Below are positions 11,722-22,778 of a stretch of 44,698 nt of DNA, one piece after another. The notes beneath the pieces are model-generated. The model was not told the DNA's origin. It worked only from the letters and a program-made list of their open reading frames with translations, and searched no databases. The stretch comes from Rheinheimera sp. (GTDB taxonomy: Bacteria > Pseudomonadota > Gammaproteobacteria > Enterobacterales > Alteromonadaceae): the NCBI GenBank assembly GCA_041618685.1, contig JBFKFH010000001.1:1-44698 (forward strand). Direction: 5' to 3'. Within the stretch, counting starts at the first letter, position 1, and each line of letters starts with the position of its first letter. The position numbers and the translations under genes were made by a program.

Positions 11722-13058
11722 AACACCTCCGCCTTAACCGCTGCGGTAAAGTGTTCGCCACGCTCACTGTAACTCTTGAACATATCCAGGCTGGCACAGG
11801 CTGGTGACAACAACACCATATCACCCGCTTTGGCCAGTTTTGCCGCTACTTTGACCGCTTCCTGCAGGCTTTTCACCTGAATGCTGTTTGGCTGCAGCGC
11901 GGCTATTGCCGGGCCATCCTGCCCCAGCGTTATTAGTTGTTGCACGTCGCGCGCCAGCACCGGCTGCAGTTCTGACACGTCGGCGCCTTTGGCATCGCCA
12001 CCGGCGATTAGAATCAGCCGGCCAGTTATACCAGGACGCAAGCCGGCAATAGCGGCAAGTGTTGCGCCAATATTGGTGGCTTTGGAGTCATTAACCCAGC
12101 GCACCTGGTTTTTTTCCGCCACTAAAATGCAGCGATGCGGTAACGAAACGAACTGCTGCAGCGCGGTAATTATGCCTGCACGGCTGGCTCCAGCGGCTAA
12201 CGCCAGGCTGCTGGCGACTAATGCATTAAATTCATTGTGCGCACCAAATAATGCCATCTGAGCCACCGGCATTAACGGTTCGGCGGCAATAACTAACCAG
12301 CGCTCGCCGTCTAGTTCAGCGATACCGTAATCAGAATCTTGCAGCGATATCCCCAGCGTGTGTTCTGCCAGCTCGGGTGTTGTCGCCGCATCCGCTAAGT
12401 TAAATACAGCTAACTGGGAATGCTGATAGACCCGTTGCTTTGATGCGGTATAGGCCGCCATCGTATGGTAACGGTCCAGGTGATCGGCGCTGACATTCAA
12501 AATGGTACTGGCCAGGCTATGTAAGCTGCTGGTGGTATCCAGCTGAAAACTGGACAATTCCAGTACGTAAACCTCAGTGTCTTGCTGGCTGATAGCATCC
12601 AGTACCGGCAAGCCAATATTTCCGGCTGCCAGTGCTTTGATGCCGCTGCACCTGAGCATTGCTTCTACCAGCTTGGTCACGGTTGACTTGCCATTTGAGC
12701 CGGTAATCGCAATGACAGGCTTATGATTAAAGCGGGCGAACAGCTCTACATCGCCAACCAGCTCGACGCCTTGTGCCACGGCAAAGCGGATAGCCGGATG
12801 CATAGGTGATAACCCCGGGCTTAGCACTATCATGTCCATCTTGGCCAGCCGGTTTGCATCCAGTTCACCCAGATAGATGCCGTCCACTTTTTCCGTCGCG
12901 ATCTGTTCAATACCAGCCGGCTTAGCGCGGCTGTCCATCAGTACCGGTTTTACCCCCTGCGCCAGCAAAAACCGCACCGTGGCCTGGCCAGACAGGCCCA
13001 ACCCCACAACTGCAATGCGTTTTTTCGCTAACACTGGCGTTACTGATGTTTGCGTCAT
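11718..13058 (-). CDS. murD: UDP-MurNAc-L-Ala--D-glutamate ligase
   Basis: GLGLSG, ITGSNGKSTV, ELSSFQL, DHLDRY, NDSKATN and LSPACASLD. Confidence 0.98.
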   Translation of the reverse strand: MTQTSVTPVLAKKRIAVVGLGLSGQATVRFLLAQGVKPVLMDSRAKPAGIEQIATEKVDGIYLGELDANRLAKMDMIVLSPGLSPMHPAIRFAVAQGVELVGDVELFARFNHKPVIAITGSNGKSTVTKLVEAMLRCSGIKALAAGNIGLPVLDAISQQDTEVYVLELSSFQLDTTSSLHSLASTILNVSADHLDRYHTMAAYTASKQRVYQHSQLAVFNLADAATTPELAEHTLGISLQDSDYGIAELDGERWLVIAAEPLMPVAQMALFGAHNEFNALVASSLALAAGASRAGIITALQQFVSLPHRCILVAEKNQVRWVNDSKATNIGATLAAIAGLRPGITGRLILIAGGDAKGADVSELQPVLARDVQQLITLGQDGPAIAALQPNSIQVKSLQEAVKVAAKLAKAGDMVLLSPACASLDMFKSYSERGEHFTAAVKAEVL

Positions 13059-13060
13059 AA

Positions 13061-14143
13061 TTATCTCAGTTTCAGGGTGGCAAGGCCAACCAGCACAAAG
13101 ATGATAGATAAGATCCAGAAGCGCACTATTACCCGCGGCTCTGGCCAGCCTTTTAATTCATAATGATGGTGAATAGGCGCCATACGGAAAATGCGTTGTC
13201 CACGCAACTTGTAAGACCCCACCTGCAGGATGACCGACAGCGTTTCCATAACGAAGACGCCACCCATGATAAACAGTACAATTTCCTGCCGCACCAGTAT
13301 CGCAATGATGCCCAGCACAGCGCCAAGCGCCAGTGAGCCTACATCACCCATAAAGACCTGTGCCGGGTAGGTGTTAAACCATAAAAAGCCCAAACCTGCG
13401 CCCACCAGGGCGGCGCACACAACCACCAATTCACTGGCATGTGGCAGATATGGAATATTCAGATAGCCGGAGAAGTTCACGTTACCGCTGACATAAGCAA
13501 TAATGGCAAACGCTGACGCCACCATAATGGTTGGCACAATCGCCAGGCCGTCGAGGCCATCGGTCAGATTAACCGCGTTACTGGTACCGACAATGACAAA
13601 GTAGCTCAATGCGATAAATAAAATGCCCAGCTGTGGCATCACATCTTTTAAGAACGGCAGTAGCAGCGCCGTTTCTGCCGGACGTTCGGCGGTGAAATAC
13701 AAAAACGCTGCAGTGACGATAGCAAATAGCGATTGCCAGAAGTATTTCCAGCGCGCAATCAGACCCTTAGGGTCTTTACGGATCACTTTACGGTAATCAT
13801 CAACAAAACCAATCCAGCCAAAACTGACCAGCACAAACAGTACTACCCAGACGTATTTATTTTCCAGATTGGCCCAAAGCAACGTACTGATCAGCACGGC
13901 GCCCAGTATCAGCAAGCCGCCCATTGTTGGCGTGCCTTTTTTAGAGAAATGGCTTTCCGGCCCGTCACCACGTACCACCTGGCCAATTTGCATGCGCTGC
14001 AAGCGGGCGATAAGTTTCGGCCCTAAATACAGGCTTAAAAATAACGAAGTCAGAATGCCAAGTATGGCGCGAAACGTCAGATAACTGAAAACATTGAATA
14101 CGCTGAAGTATTGCGTTAAATACTCGGCTAACCAAACTAGCAT
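13061..14143 (-). CDS. mraY: Phospho-N-acetylmuramoyl-pentapeptide transferase
   Basis: [33 protein letters not shown] and MAPIHHHYE. Confidence 0.99.
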   Translation of the reverse strand: MLVWLAEYLTQYFSVFNVFSYLTFRAILGILTSLFLSLYLGPKLIARLQRMQIGQVVRGDGPESHFSKKGTPTMGGLLILGAVLISTLLWANLENKYVWVVLFVLVSFGWIGFVDDYRKVIRKDPKGLIARWKYFWQSLFAIVTAAFLYFTAERPAETALLLPFLKDVMPQLGILFIALSYFVIVGTSNAVNLTDGLDGLAIVPTIMVASAFAIIAYVSGNVNFSGYLNIPYLPHASELVVVCAALVGAGLGFLWFNTYPAQVFMGDVGSLALGAVLGIIAILVRQEIVLFIMGGVFVMETLSVILQVGSYKLRGQRIFRMAPIHHHYELKGWPEPRVIVRFWILSIIFVLVGLATLKLR

Positions 14144-15513
14144 GGCTTACTCTCCTGCTGACATCTTTCTAGCAAGTCTTGCACGACCAGTTCCATCTTC
14201 GCACTACGCGAACCTTTCACTAGCAGGGTGACTTCCTGTTGTGCTGATACAATCGGGAGCAGGCGCTCTAATAATGCCTGTCGCGAACTGAAATGCGCGC
14301 CCTGTCCATTGAACAAATCGCTGGCGCTCTGTGATAACACGCCAACAGTGAACAACAGATTAATACCGGCATTTTTCGCGTATAAACCAATTTCTTCGTG
14401 GTATAAACGGGCATCAGCGCCTAACTCCGCCATATCGCCCAAAATAAGTACGCGGTAGCCGGTGTAGCTCGCCAACAGATCTATCGCGGCCTTTACCGAC
14501 TCAACATTCGCGTTGTACGTATCATCAATTAGCCGCAGTGCCGGGTTTACCATGGTGACATTAGTACGACCTTTTACTGCCTGCATTTGTGCCAGGCCCA
14601 GTTGCACCTCGGTCAGGCTGGCACCTACTGCAATGCACGCCGCCGCAGCTGCCAGTGCATTAGCAACATTGTGTTTGCCGGGGATCGTAAGCTGAATAAA
14701 CTGCCTGCCGCTGGGGCAAACCAGCTCAAAGCCTGCACAACCATTGCTATCCAGTACGATGCCGTCAGCGGAGTAATCCGCGGCGGTAGTTGCAGAAAAC
14801 TGTATGACCTGTTTGCCTTCTAACCGGCGCAACCAGTAATCAAGGTATTCACTGTCAGCCGGTATAATAGCCAGCCCGTGCTGCGTTACCGAGTTGAATA
14901 TTTCCCCTTTGGCACGGGCAACACCGTACACATCGCCAAAGCCCTCTAAATGCGAAGGGGCGACATTGGTAATAATGGCCACATCAGGTTTCGCCAATGT
15001 GGTGGTATAAGCGATTTCTCCCTGATGGTTAGCCCCTAACTCCAGCACAGCAAAATCATGTTGTGCCGTCAGGCGCAGCATTGTCAGCGGAACGCCGATA
15101 TCGTTGTTAAAATTCCCTTGAGTCGCCAGTACCTTGCCACGGCGGGTTAATATCGCCGCCATCATTTCTTTCACCGTCGTTTTACCGGCACTACCGGTTA
15201 CGGCTATGGTTTTCGGTGCCAGGCGGGCTTTTACTGCAGCCGCCAGCTGGCCTAATGCCAGTCGGGTATCGCGGACAATAATCTGCGTAATGTCTTCAGT
15301 TACCGGATGCTCTACAACAACGGCTGCGGCACCACGGGCTTTTACGTCGGCAACAAAAGCAGAGCCATCAAAGTTAGGCCCTTTTAACGCAATAAACAGA
15401 TCGCCGGCGGCGATAGCCCGGCTGTCAGTGCTGACAGCGCTGATGCTGACATCTGCACCGGTCAGCACACCGTCAAGGATCTGCGCGATTTCTTTACAGT
15501 TCAGCGTAATCAT
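14137..15513 (-). CDS. murF: UDP-MurNAc-tripeptide--D-Ala-D-Ala ligase
   Basis: [39 protein letters not shown] and VKGSR. Confidence 0.98.
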   Translation of the reverse strand: MITLNCKEIAQILDGVLTGADVSISAVSTDSRAIAAGDLFIALKGPNFDGSAFVADVKARGAAAVVVEHPVTEDITQIIVRDTRLALGQLAAAVKARLAPKTIAVTGSAGKTTVKEMMAAILTRRGKVLATQGNFNNDIGVPLTMLRLTAQHDFAVLELGANHQGEIAYTTTLAKPDVAIITNVAPSHLEGFGDVYGVARAKGEIFNSVTQHGLAIIPADSEYLDYWLRRLEGKQVIQFSATTAADYSADGIVLDSNGCAGFELVCPSGRQFIQLTIPGKHNVANALAAAAACIAVGASLTEVQLGLAQMQAVKGRTNVTMVNPALRLIDDTYNANVESVKAAIDLLASYTGYRVLILGDMAELGADARLYHEEIGLYAKNAGINLLFTVGVLSQSASDLFNGQGAHFSSRQALLERLLPIVSAQQEVTLLVKGSRSAKMELVVQDLLERCQQESKPC

Positions 15514-16967
15514 TCCGCCATCTCCGTAACCAGTTGACGAAGATAGGCCCGCTCATCGTACTGCCGATGCTCGGCGCCAATAATTTGTACCGTTTCATGC
15601 CCTTTGCCAGCAATCAGTACCACATCACCAGCCTGGGCACTGATCAAGGCCAGTTTAATGGCAGCCTGCCGATCCGGCTCTATGCTGTAACTGCCATCCG
15701 GGCTCATGCCGGCGGCGATATCATCACAGATCTGCAGCATATCTTCGCTGCGCGGGTTGTCAGCGGTAATGATGACATGGTCGGCATACTGCTCAGCAAT
15801 TTGCCCCATTAGCGGGCGCTTACCGCGGTCGCGGTCACCACCGCAGCCAAATACGCACCACAGGCGGCCAGCACAGTGCTTACGCAGCGACTGCAATGCC
15901 TGCTGTAATGCATCAGGCGTATGGGCATAATCGACTACAGCGGTGAACTGCTGGCTGAAGTTGAATTGCTCCATCCTGCCAGGTACAGCGCGTAATTTAC
16001 TGCATGCCGCCACGACAGCGGGTAACTCATAGCCCAGCACTAACATGCTAGCCATGGCTGCCAGCACGTTTTGAATATTGAATTCCCCTAACAGCGGCAA
16101 ATATAAGCTGTGCTTACCCGCATGGCTGGTCAGTTGCAGCTGGTAGCCGTCGGTGGTAGCCGTCACATCAGAATATGCCAGATAGCGGTTATAGCCGCGG
16201 CAGTGTTCTGCCTTGCCATATGCCCACACCGGTAACTGGCTCTGCGCGGCCAGCTTGCGGCCAAACTCATCAGACACGTTGATCACTGCGGCTCGGCTTA
16301 ACTGCGGCGTAAATAGCAAGGCTTTCGCTGCGCCATACTCGGCCATAGAGCCGTGATAATCCAGATGATCCCGGGTCAGGTTGGTAAATACCGCGACATC
16401 AAATAGCAAACCGGCCACCCGTTGTTGCACCAGCGCGTGCGACGATACTTCCATCGCGGCCAGCTGGGTGTGTTGTTGAACAAAACCAGCCAGAATGCGC
16501 TGTATATCGACATAGTGTGGCGTCGTGTTTGGTAATGGTGTTAGCTGATTGCTGCTACCGTAACCCAGCGTGCCAATAACAGCGGCCTGTTGTGCCAGTT
16601 TCTGTGCCAGCTGGGTAATAAAAAACGTACAACTTGATTTGCCATTGGTACCGGTAACACCAACCAGTTGCAGCTTACGCGCTGGTTGTTGATAAAACGT
16701 GGCGGCCAGTGCAGGCAATAACTGCATCAATTCGGGCAACACCACTACCCGCTTATCGTCGTACTGTCCTTCGTCGGTCAGTACCAGTGCGGCACCTTGC
16801 GCCAGCGCCTGAGCAATAAACTGCTTACCATGCTGATTAACCCCGGGTATCGCCAGAAAGACATCATCTGCTGCCACCTTGCGGCTGTCTAACTGCAATT
16901 GATTCAGTTCACATTCCGGCGCGTCGCTGGCATATAGCGCAAGCCATTGCTTACTGTTAACCGGCAT
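15510..16967 (-). CDS. murE: UDP-MurNAc-L-Ala-D-Glu--meso-diaminopimelate ligase
   Basis: VTGTNGKS, EVSSH, RDHLDYH, VDYAHTPD, the mDAP-specificity motif DNPR, and AGKGHE. Confidence 0.98.
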   Translation of the reverse strand: MPVNSKQWLALYASDAPECELNQLQLDSRKVAADDVFLAIPGVNQHGKQFIAQALAQGAALVLTDEGQYDDKRVVVLPELMQLLPALAATFYQQPARKLQLVGVTGTNGKSSCTFFITQLAQKLAQQAAVIGTLGYGSSNQLTPLPNTTPHYVDIQRILAGFVQQHTQLAAMEVSSHALVQQRVAGLLFDVAVFTNLTRDHLDYHGSMAEYGAAKALLFTPQLSRAAVINVSDEFGRKLAAQSQLPVWAYGKAEHCRGYNRYLAYSDVTATTDGYQLQLTSHAGKHSLYLPLLGEFNIQNVLAAMASMLVLGYELPAVVAACSKLRAVPGRMEQFNFSQQFTAVVDYAHTPDALQQALQSLRKHCAGRLWCVFGCGGDRDRGKRPLMGQIAEQYADHVIITADNPRSEDMLQICDDIAAGMSPDGSYSIEPDRQAAIKLALISAQAGDVVLIAGKGHETVQIIGAEHRQYDERAYLRQLVTEMAE

Positions 16968-18708
16968 GGTTACCTCCTGCTACTGCAGTAATTCTGGGCT
17001 GACTGGCAGCATCAGGGGTCAGGTTCAGCAATTGCATGCTGGCCCCCATAATATTGGCAAATACCGGGGCAGCAATTTCGCCACCATGATAGAAGTCGCC
17101 GGCAGGTTCGTTAATTACCACCACACATGCCAACCGTGGTGCTGATACTGGCCCAACGCCGGCAAACGAGGCGACATAATCTTCACCATAACCACCGGCA
17201 ATGGCTTTACGCGCAGTGCCGGTTTTACCGCCGACGCGATACCCTTTCACCTGAGCTTTAGTCGCAGTGCCGCCAGGCATAATATTGGCTTCCATCATTT
17301 CCAGCATCGCAGCCGCATTTTTGCTGTCTAACACCTGCTCACCCGGATATGCCTGATCAGTTTTTAAAATAGTTAACGGCCGGCTGATACCGCCATTAGC
17401 CATAGTGGCGTAAACACGGGCCAGCTGGGCTGCGGTTACCGATAAACCGTAGCCAAACGATAACGTCGCGCGTTCAAAATCTGACCAGCGGCGACGATGG
17501 CTTAGCATGCCACTGCTTTCGCCATTCAGACCCAGCCCGGTATCAATGCCCAGGCCCATATTGCTGTACAGCGCCAGCACATGCTCGTGCGGCATTGACA
17601 GCACCAGCTTGCTGACACCGACATTGCTCGACTTCTGAATAATGCCGGTCAGGCTGAGGGAGTTATAATTGTTGGCATCGCGCACCCAGCTACCACCAAT
17701 GCGCATATAACCCGGAGCAACATCCACCTTCTGATCAAACTTGGCCGCACCAAATTCCAACGCGCTAAGCACTGCCAGCGGTTTCATTGTTGAGCCGGGT
17801 TCAAAGGTATCGGTGATCGCACGGTTACGGAATAAATATGCCGGTGCGTTACCACGGTTATTCGGATTGAACGACGGGCTGTTGACCATCGCCAGCACTT
17901 CGCCGCTTTGTACATCAACCACGATAGCTGAGCCTGACGTTGCACCATAAGACAACACCGCTTTTTTCAATTCGCGGTAAGTGACTGACTGAATGCGCTG
18001 ATCGATACTCAGCTGCAGGTTACCCGGTGCTTGCGCCTGGGCCCGTTCCAGTACTTCTATCTCACGGCCTTTAGCATCTTTACGGAACACTTTACGTCCG
18101 GCAGTACCGGTAAGTAATTCGTCATAGCGTTTTTCAATGCCCTCGACACCCACGTCATCAACATTGGTAAAACCGATAAGTTGAGCGGTGACTTCTCCGG
18201 CCGGATAATAACGGCGTGATTCCTGGCGAAAATAAATACCCGGGACCTGTAGTTTTTTCACATAGTCGACCACCGCCGGGTTAACCTGGCGCTGTAAATA
18301 AACAAAACGCCGCTGCGTATTGTCGCCAATCTTGTTCAGTAACTGCGCCGGTGTCATTTGCAGAATCTCAGCCAGGGCATGCCAGCGCCGCTCATCTGCC
18401 GCAGCATGGCGTTCAATGACGACTTTAGGATCTGCCCATATGGCTTCGACCGGCACACTTATCGCCAGCTCCTCACCGTTGCGATCTAAAATCATACCGC
18501 GTAACACTGTGTCGGCTTCAACCCGCAGGCTGCGCATATCACCCTGACTGACCAGCATGTCAGGTTCAACCACCTGTAACCAGGCTGCCCGCACGACTAA
18601 CGCGGTAAAAACCCCGGCCAGGCTTAACAATACAAATGCAAAGCGCCAGCCCAGTACCGATGGCACTGTTCTGGCTTTTGCCTGAGGCGCTTTCGTTTGC
18701 CGACTCAT
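16957..18708 (-). CDS. ftsI: Septal transpeptidase PBP3
   Basis: N-terminal TM and RGMILDRNG; transpeptidase motifs EPGSTMK (SxxK), KSSN (SxN) and GKTGT (KTG). Confidence 0.98.
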   Translation of the reverse strand: MSRQTKAPQAKARTVPSVLGWRFAFVLLSLAGVFTALVVRAAWLQVVEPDMLVSQGDMRSLRVEADTVLRGMILDRNGEELAISVPVEAIWADPKVVIERHAAADERRWHALAEILQMTPAQLLNKIGDNTQRRFVYLQRQVNPAVVDYVKKLQVPGIYFRQESRRYYPAGEVTAQLIGFTNVDDVGVEGIEKRYDELLTGTAGRKVFRKDAKGREIEVLERAQAQAPGNLQLSIDQRIQSVTYRELKKAVLSYGATSGSAIVVDVQSGEVLAMVNSPSFNPNNRGNAPAYLFRNRAITDTFEPGSTMKPLAVLSALEFGAAKFDQKVDVAPGYMRIGGSWVRDANNYNSLSLTGIIQKSSNVGVSKLVLSMPHEHVLALYSNMGLGIDTGLGLNGESSGMLSHRRRWSDFERATLSFGYGLSVTAAQLARVYATMANGGISRPLTILKTDQAYPGEQVLDSKNAAAMLEMMEANIMPGGTATKAQVKGYRVGGKTGTARKAIAGGYGEDYVASFAGVGPVSAPRLACVVVINEPAGDFYHGGEIAAPVFANIMGASMQLLNLTPDAASQPRITAVAGGNHAG

Positions 18709-19013
18709 GGCACTGTCACCGCGATATCTTGTTCACCCACCGGACGCACCATGTGTAAGCGATTGCGGGCAATGTCTTCAACCCGGCTGTGTTCAGACAA
18801 GGCGCGCTGTTCCAGCACCAGGTTACGCCACTCGATATCCAACTGGTCGCGTTGCTGATACAGGCCGTCCTGCGCAATGGTCAGCTGCCGGTTTAAATGG
18901 GCAAAATGCACGACAACCAGTGCTGATACAATGCAGCTTAACAACAGCAACACCAGCCACTTTTGCTGGCGCCAGTCGCGGGCAATCAGGCTGTGCAGGT
19001 TAATATTATTCAT
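18705..19013 (-). CDS. ftsL: Cell division protein FtsL
   Basis: 102 aa, TM plus coiled coil, [19 protein letters not shown]; lies between rsmH and ftsI. Confidence 0.95.
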   Translation of the reverse strand: MNNINLHSLIARDWRQQKWLVLLLLSCIVSALVVVHFAHLNRQLTIAQDGLYQQRDQLDIEWRNLVLEQRALSEHSRVEDIARNRLHMVRPVGEQDIAVTVP

Positions 19014-19950
19014 GGCTTTGCTTCTGAGCTATGCGCAGTACAGCACTGCGGGCACGTGGGTTTGCTGCCAGCTCTTGTTCAGACGGCATTATGGCTTTGC
19101 CAACCAGTTTGAGCTCAGTGCGTTGATTCATCTGCGCGGCTGTCAGTGGGATACCGCGTGGTATCGGTTCACCTTTGGAATAGCGCCGCATAAACTGTTT
19201 TACCAGACGGTCTTCCAGTGAGTGAAAACTGATCACTACCAACCGTCCACCCGGCTTTAATACCTGCATTGCGGCATGCAACGCCTGATTTACCTGCTCC
19301 AATTCGCTGTTGATATAAATACGAATTGCCTGAAAACTGCGCGTGGCCGGATGTTTTTTCTCTTTATTGCTTTTCGGTACTGCGTCACTGATCAGTTTCG
19401 CCAGCTGGGCGGTACGCGTAAGCTGGCTGTCCTGCCGCGCGGCAACGATTGCCTGGGCAATGCGCCAGGCAAACTTTTCTTCGCCATATTCCCGCAGTAC
19501 AAAGCTAATGTCTTCTACGTCGGCCTGCGCCAGCCAGTCGGCAGCACTGATACCTGAGCTGGGGTCCATCCGCATATCCAGCGGACCATCCCGCATAAAA
19601 CTAAAGCCTCGATCAGCGTCATCCAATTGTGGAGAGGACACGCCAAGATCAAGCAAAATTCCGTCCAGCGCACCGGCAATGTGCTGCTGTTCGGCAATAG
19701 TTGCCAGGGCGGCAAAGGGGCTGTGGGTGATATGAAAGCGGGGATCGGCCATTAATGGCGCGGCAGCAGCTATCGCGGTGGGGTCGCGATCTATAGCAAA
19801 CAATCGGCCTTTGGGGCCCAATAACGCTAATATTGCCCGGCTGTGGCCGCCACGGCCAAAGGTGCCATCCAGATAGCAACCTTCAGGTTTAAGCGCTAAG
19901 CCGTCTAATGCTTCTTGCAGCAAAACGGAAATATGAGCCGAAGTATTCAT
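19006..19950 (-). CDS. rsmH: 16S rRNA m4C1402 methyltransferase
   Basis: [42 protein letters not shown] and SFHSLEDR. Confidence 0.99.
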   Translation of the reverse strand: MNTSAHISVLLQEALDGLALKPEGCYLDGTFGRGGHSRAILALLGPKGRLFAIDRDPTAIAAAAPLMADPRFHITHSPFAALATIAEQQHIAGALDGILLDLGVSSPQLDDADRGFSFMRDGPLDMRMDPSSGISAADWLAQADVEDISFVLREYGEEKFAWRIAQAIVAARQDSQLTRTAQLAKLISDAVPKSNKEKKHPATRSFQAIRIYINSELEQVNQALHAAMQVLKPGGRLVVISFHSLEDRLVKQFMRRYSKGEPIPRGIPLTAAQMNQRTELKLVGKAIMPSEQELAANPRARSAVLRIAQKQSHE

Positions 19951-20415
19951 TTACAGTGCAAAGTCCTGTAATCGTTCTGACAGTTCAACATCACCGGCAT
20001 TCTCCTGTTCCAGCGCTATATCAGCGGCTAAACGGTCATGCCAGGCAGTTTCATCCCAGATCTCGAATTTGTTTAATTGACCAACCAGACGGATCCCCTT
20101 GCTCAGACCAGCATGCTGGCGCAACGGGGCAGGCAGTAAAATACGGCCGCTTTTATCCATGTCACAATCAGTCGCATTACCCAGTAACACGCGCTGTAAG
20201 CGGCGTTCCTGCGGGTTTAAGCTGGACAAGCGCTTGAGTTTTTCTTCTATTTCTTCCCACTCGGCCAGCGGATACAGCAATAAACAGGGGTCGTGTAAAT
20301 CTATCGTACAGACTAGGTGGCCCTGACAATCAGACAGCAGAAATTCACGGTAGCGCGCCGGAAGCGCTAACCGTCCTTTCTCGTCCAGTGTCAACGTAAA
20401 TGAGCCACGAAACAT
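19951..20415 (-). CDS. mraZ: dcw transcriptional regulator MraZ
   Basis: MFRG start and two DxxGR repeats (LDEKGRL, MDKSGRI); first gene of the dcw cluster. Confidence 0.98.
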   Translation of the reverse strand: MFRGSFTLTLDEKGRLALPARYREFLLSDCQGHLVCTIDLHDPCLLLYPLAEWEEIEEKLKRLSSLNPQERRLQRVLLGNATDCDMDKSGRILLPAPLRQHAGLSKGIRLVGQLNKFEIWDETAWHDRLAADIALEQENAGDVELSERLQDFAL

Positions 20416-20469
20416 AAGCGTCCTGTGCGATTAGTTTTTGAGCTTTGGTTTGCAGGTTTGCCAAAATGA

Positions 20470-20495
20470 TCCACTTTTACCCACAAATCCCCACA
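20470..20495 (-). promoter_or_regulatory. MraZ-binding direct repeats
   Basis: CCAC at 20471, 20481 and 20491 (minus strand TGTGGGGATTTGTGGGTAAAAGTGG). This is a 10-bp-periodic GTGG(G) array just downstream of the promoter, as in known MraZ operators. Confidence 0.85.
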
Positions 20496-20502
20496 ACGAT
20501 AC

Positions 20503-20532
20503 AGTTTAGGGCGCAGGTTTAACCATTGTCAA
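20503..20532 (-). promoter_or_regulatory. Sigma-70 promoter of the dcw operon (Pmra)
   Basis: Minus strand TTGACA (20532-20527), 18-nt spacer, TAAACT (20508-20503), directly upstream of the MraZ repeats. Confidence 0.8.
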
Positions 20533-20664
20533 GGTAAAAACGGTGTGATTGATCGAATGCAATCACAGTAAAAATAAGCGTTTCAGCGAAGGTGATGATT
20601 TTGGTGGAAAAAAGTGGAGCGGTTAGAAAACTATCAGCCTTTTTCTGTACGATATAACCATTTC

Positions 20665-20686
20665 GGCCACCCGCCGTGGCTTTTTT
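20665..20686 (+). terminator. Putative intrinsic terminator upstream of the RpiR gene
   Basis: GCCAC-ccgcc-GTGGC followed by T6; the stem is short. Confidence 0.45.
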
Positions 20687-20706
20687 CCACTGCGCCTTGC
20701 CAAGCT

Positions 20707-20721
20707 GGAATAAATTATTCA
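20707..20721. promoter_or_regulatory. Candidate MurR/RpiR operator (autoregulatory site)
   Basis: GGAAT-aaatt-ATTCA, 70 bp upstream of the regulator ATG; same pattern as the sites at 24227 and 24279. Confidence 0.55.
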
Positions 20722-20790
20722 ATACTGGGCTATCTTACTAATAACAAATTCTCAATCATTACACAGCAGCAAATAAAGGATATAAACCTT

Positions 20791-21636
20791 ATGGTGTGTT
20801 TATTGAAAATCCGCGGCATGCTGGAGCAAATGTCAGTTATCGAGCGAAAGCTGGCAGATTTTATTCTGGATAACGCGCATTTGCTACGGGATTATTCATC
20901 ACAGCAGCTGGCGGATGCCGTTGGTACCAGCCAGTCCAGTGTGGTGAAGTTTTGTCAGAAACTGGGCTATAAAGGCTACCCTGATTTAAAGCTGGCTATC
21001 AATGAAGCGGTTATTACTGCATCAACATTGAATCGCGACAATCAGGAAGCAAAACCGGCGGCCAACAATCTGGTAGCGCTGGTTGAGCAACTGCAGTTTA
21101 GCTTGCACAGTCATCTGCGCGGCATTCTGGAAATTAATGATGAAACTGCCCTGCTTGATGCAGCAGACACCTTGCATCAGGCAGATAAAGTGCTGATTGC
21201 CGGTTTTGGCATCTCGGGCATCGTCGCCCATGATATGCAGTTTCGTTTACTGCAGCTTGGCAAACTGGCGTTACAACACAGTGATCCGGCAATAACCTTG
21301 CAGCTGGCCAGCACGCTGAATAAAAACAGCGCTATTTTACTGGTGTCAGAATCAGGTCAGAATACCGATTTGCTAAAACTGGCACGCTACGCCAAACAAC
21401 AGAATATACCGCTTATCAGCCTGACCAGTTACAAAACCAATGCGCTGAGTATGGCGGCCAGCGTAGCGTTGTATGCGCTGAGCGGCGACGAAAATGTCAG
21501 AATTAACCCGATATTAGTGCAGCTGGCACAACAGCACCTGTGCCATATTCTGTATTTATTACTCTGCCAGCAGCAAAATAATGATCATCAACTGGAAGAA
21601 AACAGCAAGCTGCTGGACGTACTGGAACAGCCATGA
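20791..21636 (+). CDS. MurR/RpiR-family transcriptional regulator (HTH_6 + SIS)
   Basis: ERKLADFIL...SQSSVVKFCQKLGYKGYPDLK HTH and an SIS domain (GFGISGIVA, VSESGQN, ISLTS). Start set at ATG 20791 after TAAGGA; the track's GTG 20614 extension is not family-like. Confidence 0.9.
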   Translation: MVCLLKIRGMLEQMSVIERKLADFILDNAHLLRDYSSQQLADAVGTSQSSVVKFCQKLGYKGYPDLKLAINEAVITASTLNRDNQEAKPAANNLVALVEQLQFSLHSHLRGILEINDETALLDAADTLHQADKVLIAGFGISGIVAHDMQFRLLQLGKLALQHSDPAITLQLASTLNKNSAILLVSESGQNTDLLKLARYAKQQNIPLISLTSYKTNALSMAASVALYALSGDENVRINPILVQLAQQHLCHILYLLLCQQQNNDHQLEENSKLLDVLEQP

Positions 21637-21655
21637 TGGCAGCGCAACCTGGCCG

Positions 21656-22750
21656 TCAGGGCAACATTTCCAAGCCATCGATAGCAGTGATCCCCAAACC
21701 CGGCACATCTTCAATGGTAATATCAGCATCATTAAATTTTACGCTGCTCTTTACCGGGTCAAACTGACACAGTGAGGGGCCATCCAGATCAATCTTGGTA
21801 ATAACGTCTGATTTTGCTACCGCGACATGGACTGCTGCTGCCACGCTGATACTGCCTTCTAGCATACAACCGATCATACATTGCATATCGTAGAATGAGC
21901 AGATATCGGCAATTTTTATTGCATTAGCAATGCCACCGGTTTTCATCAGTTTAATATTGATAATATCCGCCGCCCGCATTTTTATCAGGTCAATAACCTC
22001 GCGTGGGCCGAAGCTACTTTCGTCCGCCATTACCGGTGTATGCACACGCTCGGTGATAAACTTCAGTCCTTCAAGATCATAGGCTTTCACCGGCTGCTCT
22101 ACCAGCTCTAGCCGTACTCCGGCGTCTTCCAGTTTGTGCAACGCATACACGGCTTCTTTTGCCGTCCAGCCCTGATTGGCATCCAGCCGAATTAATGCCT
22201 TGCCTTCAACTGCAGCATAAATTGCTTTTACCCGCTCAATATCAACACCAATGTCTTTACCCACTTTTACTTTGAGTGTTTCAAAACCACGGTTAATTGC
22301 GTCCAGAGAATCAGCAACCATTTTATCGATGTAATCGACACTGATGGTAATGTCTGTGGTAATTTTGGGCACACCACCGCCAAGGATTTTGTACAGCGGC
22401 GCCTGGTATAACTGGGCAAATAAATCATACACTGCCATTTCTACTGCGGCCTTTGCACTGTAGTTCTTCATAATGCAGTTTTGTATTAGCCGCACGATGT
22501 GGTTTAAATCACTGATGTCCTGCCCGATCAACTTTGGCTTTATTACCGTACGAATGGCTTCGATGATAGAGCCATGAATATCACCGGTGATAACCGCTGT
22601 GGCAGGGGCTTCGCCATATCCAATATGGCCGCTGTCGGTATGCACCATCACGACAATGTCTTCGATGCTGTTGACTGTGCGCAAGGCCGTTTTAAATGGC
22701 GTTTTCAGCGGTATCCGCAACATTCCCAGTTTTATATCAGTTATTTTCAT
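21656..22750 (-). CDS. L-Ala-D/L-Glu dipeptide epimerase (enolase superfamily, YkfB/YcjG-like)
   Basis: Capping-loop TALR, catalytic KVK, metal ligands DANQG/EQP/ADES, second Lys NIKLMK, and the epimerase-specific DLD motif. Confidence 0.92.
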   Translation of the reverse strand: MKITDIKLGMLRIPLKTPFKTALRTVNSIEDIVVMVHTDSGHIGYGEAPATAVITGDIHGSIIEAIRTVIKPKLIGQDISDLNHIVRLIQNCIMKNYSAKAAVEMAVYDLFAQLYQAPLYKILGGGVPKITTDITISVDYIDKMVADSLDAINRGFETLKVKVGKDIGVDIERVKAIYAAVEGKALIRLDANQGWTAKEAVYALHKLEDAGVRLELVEQPVKAYDLEGLKFITERVHTPVMADESSFGPREVIDLIKMRAADIINIKLMKTGGIANAIKIADICSFYDMQCMIGCMLEGSISVAAAVHVAVAKSDVITKIDLDGPSLCQFDPVKSSVKFNDADITIEDVPGLGITAIDGLEMLP

Positions 22751-22778
22751 AGTCGTCTCAGTTTAAAATCGTCTCGGT

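Noticed and set aside
20544-20567. Canonical CRP site
   Set aside because: TGTGA and TCACA are 14 nt apart, not 6; kept only as an unassigned palindrome.
20614-20790. 59-aa N-terminal extension of the RpiR regulator
   Set aside because: Spans terminator, operator and promoter-like elements; the family starts near ATG 20791, which has an SD.
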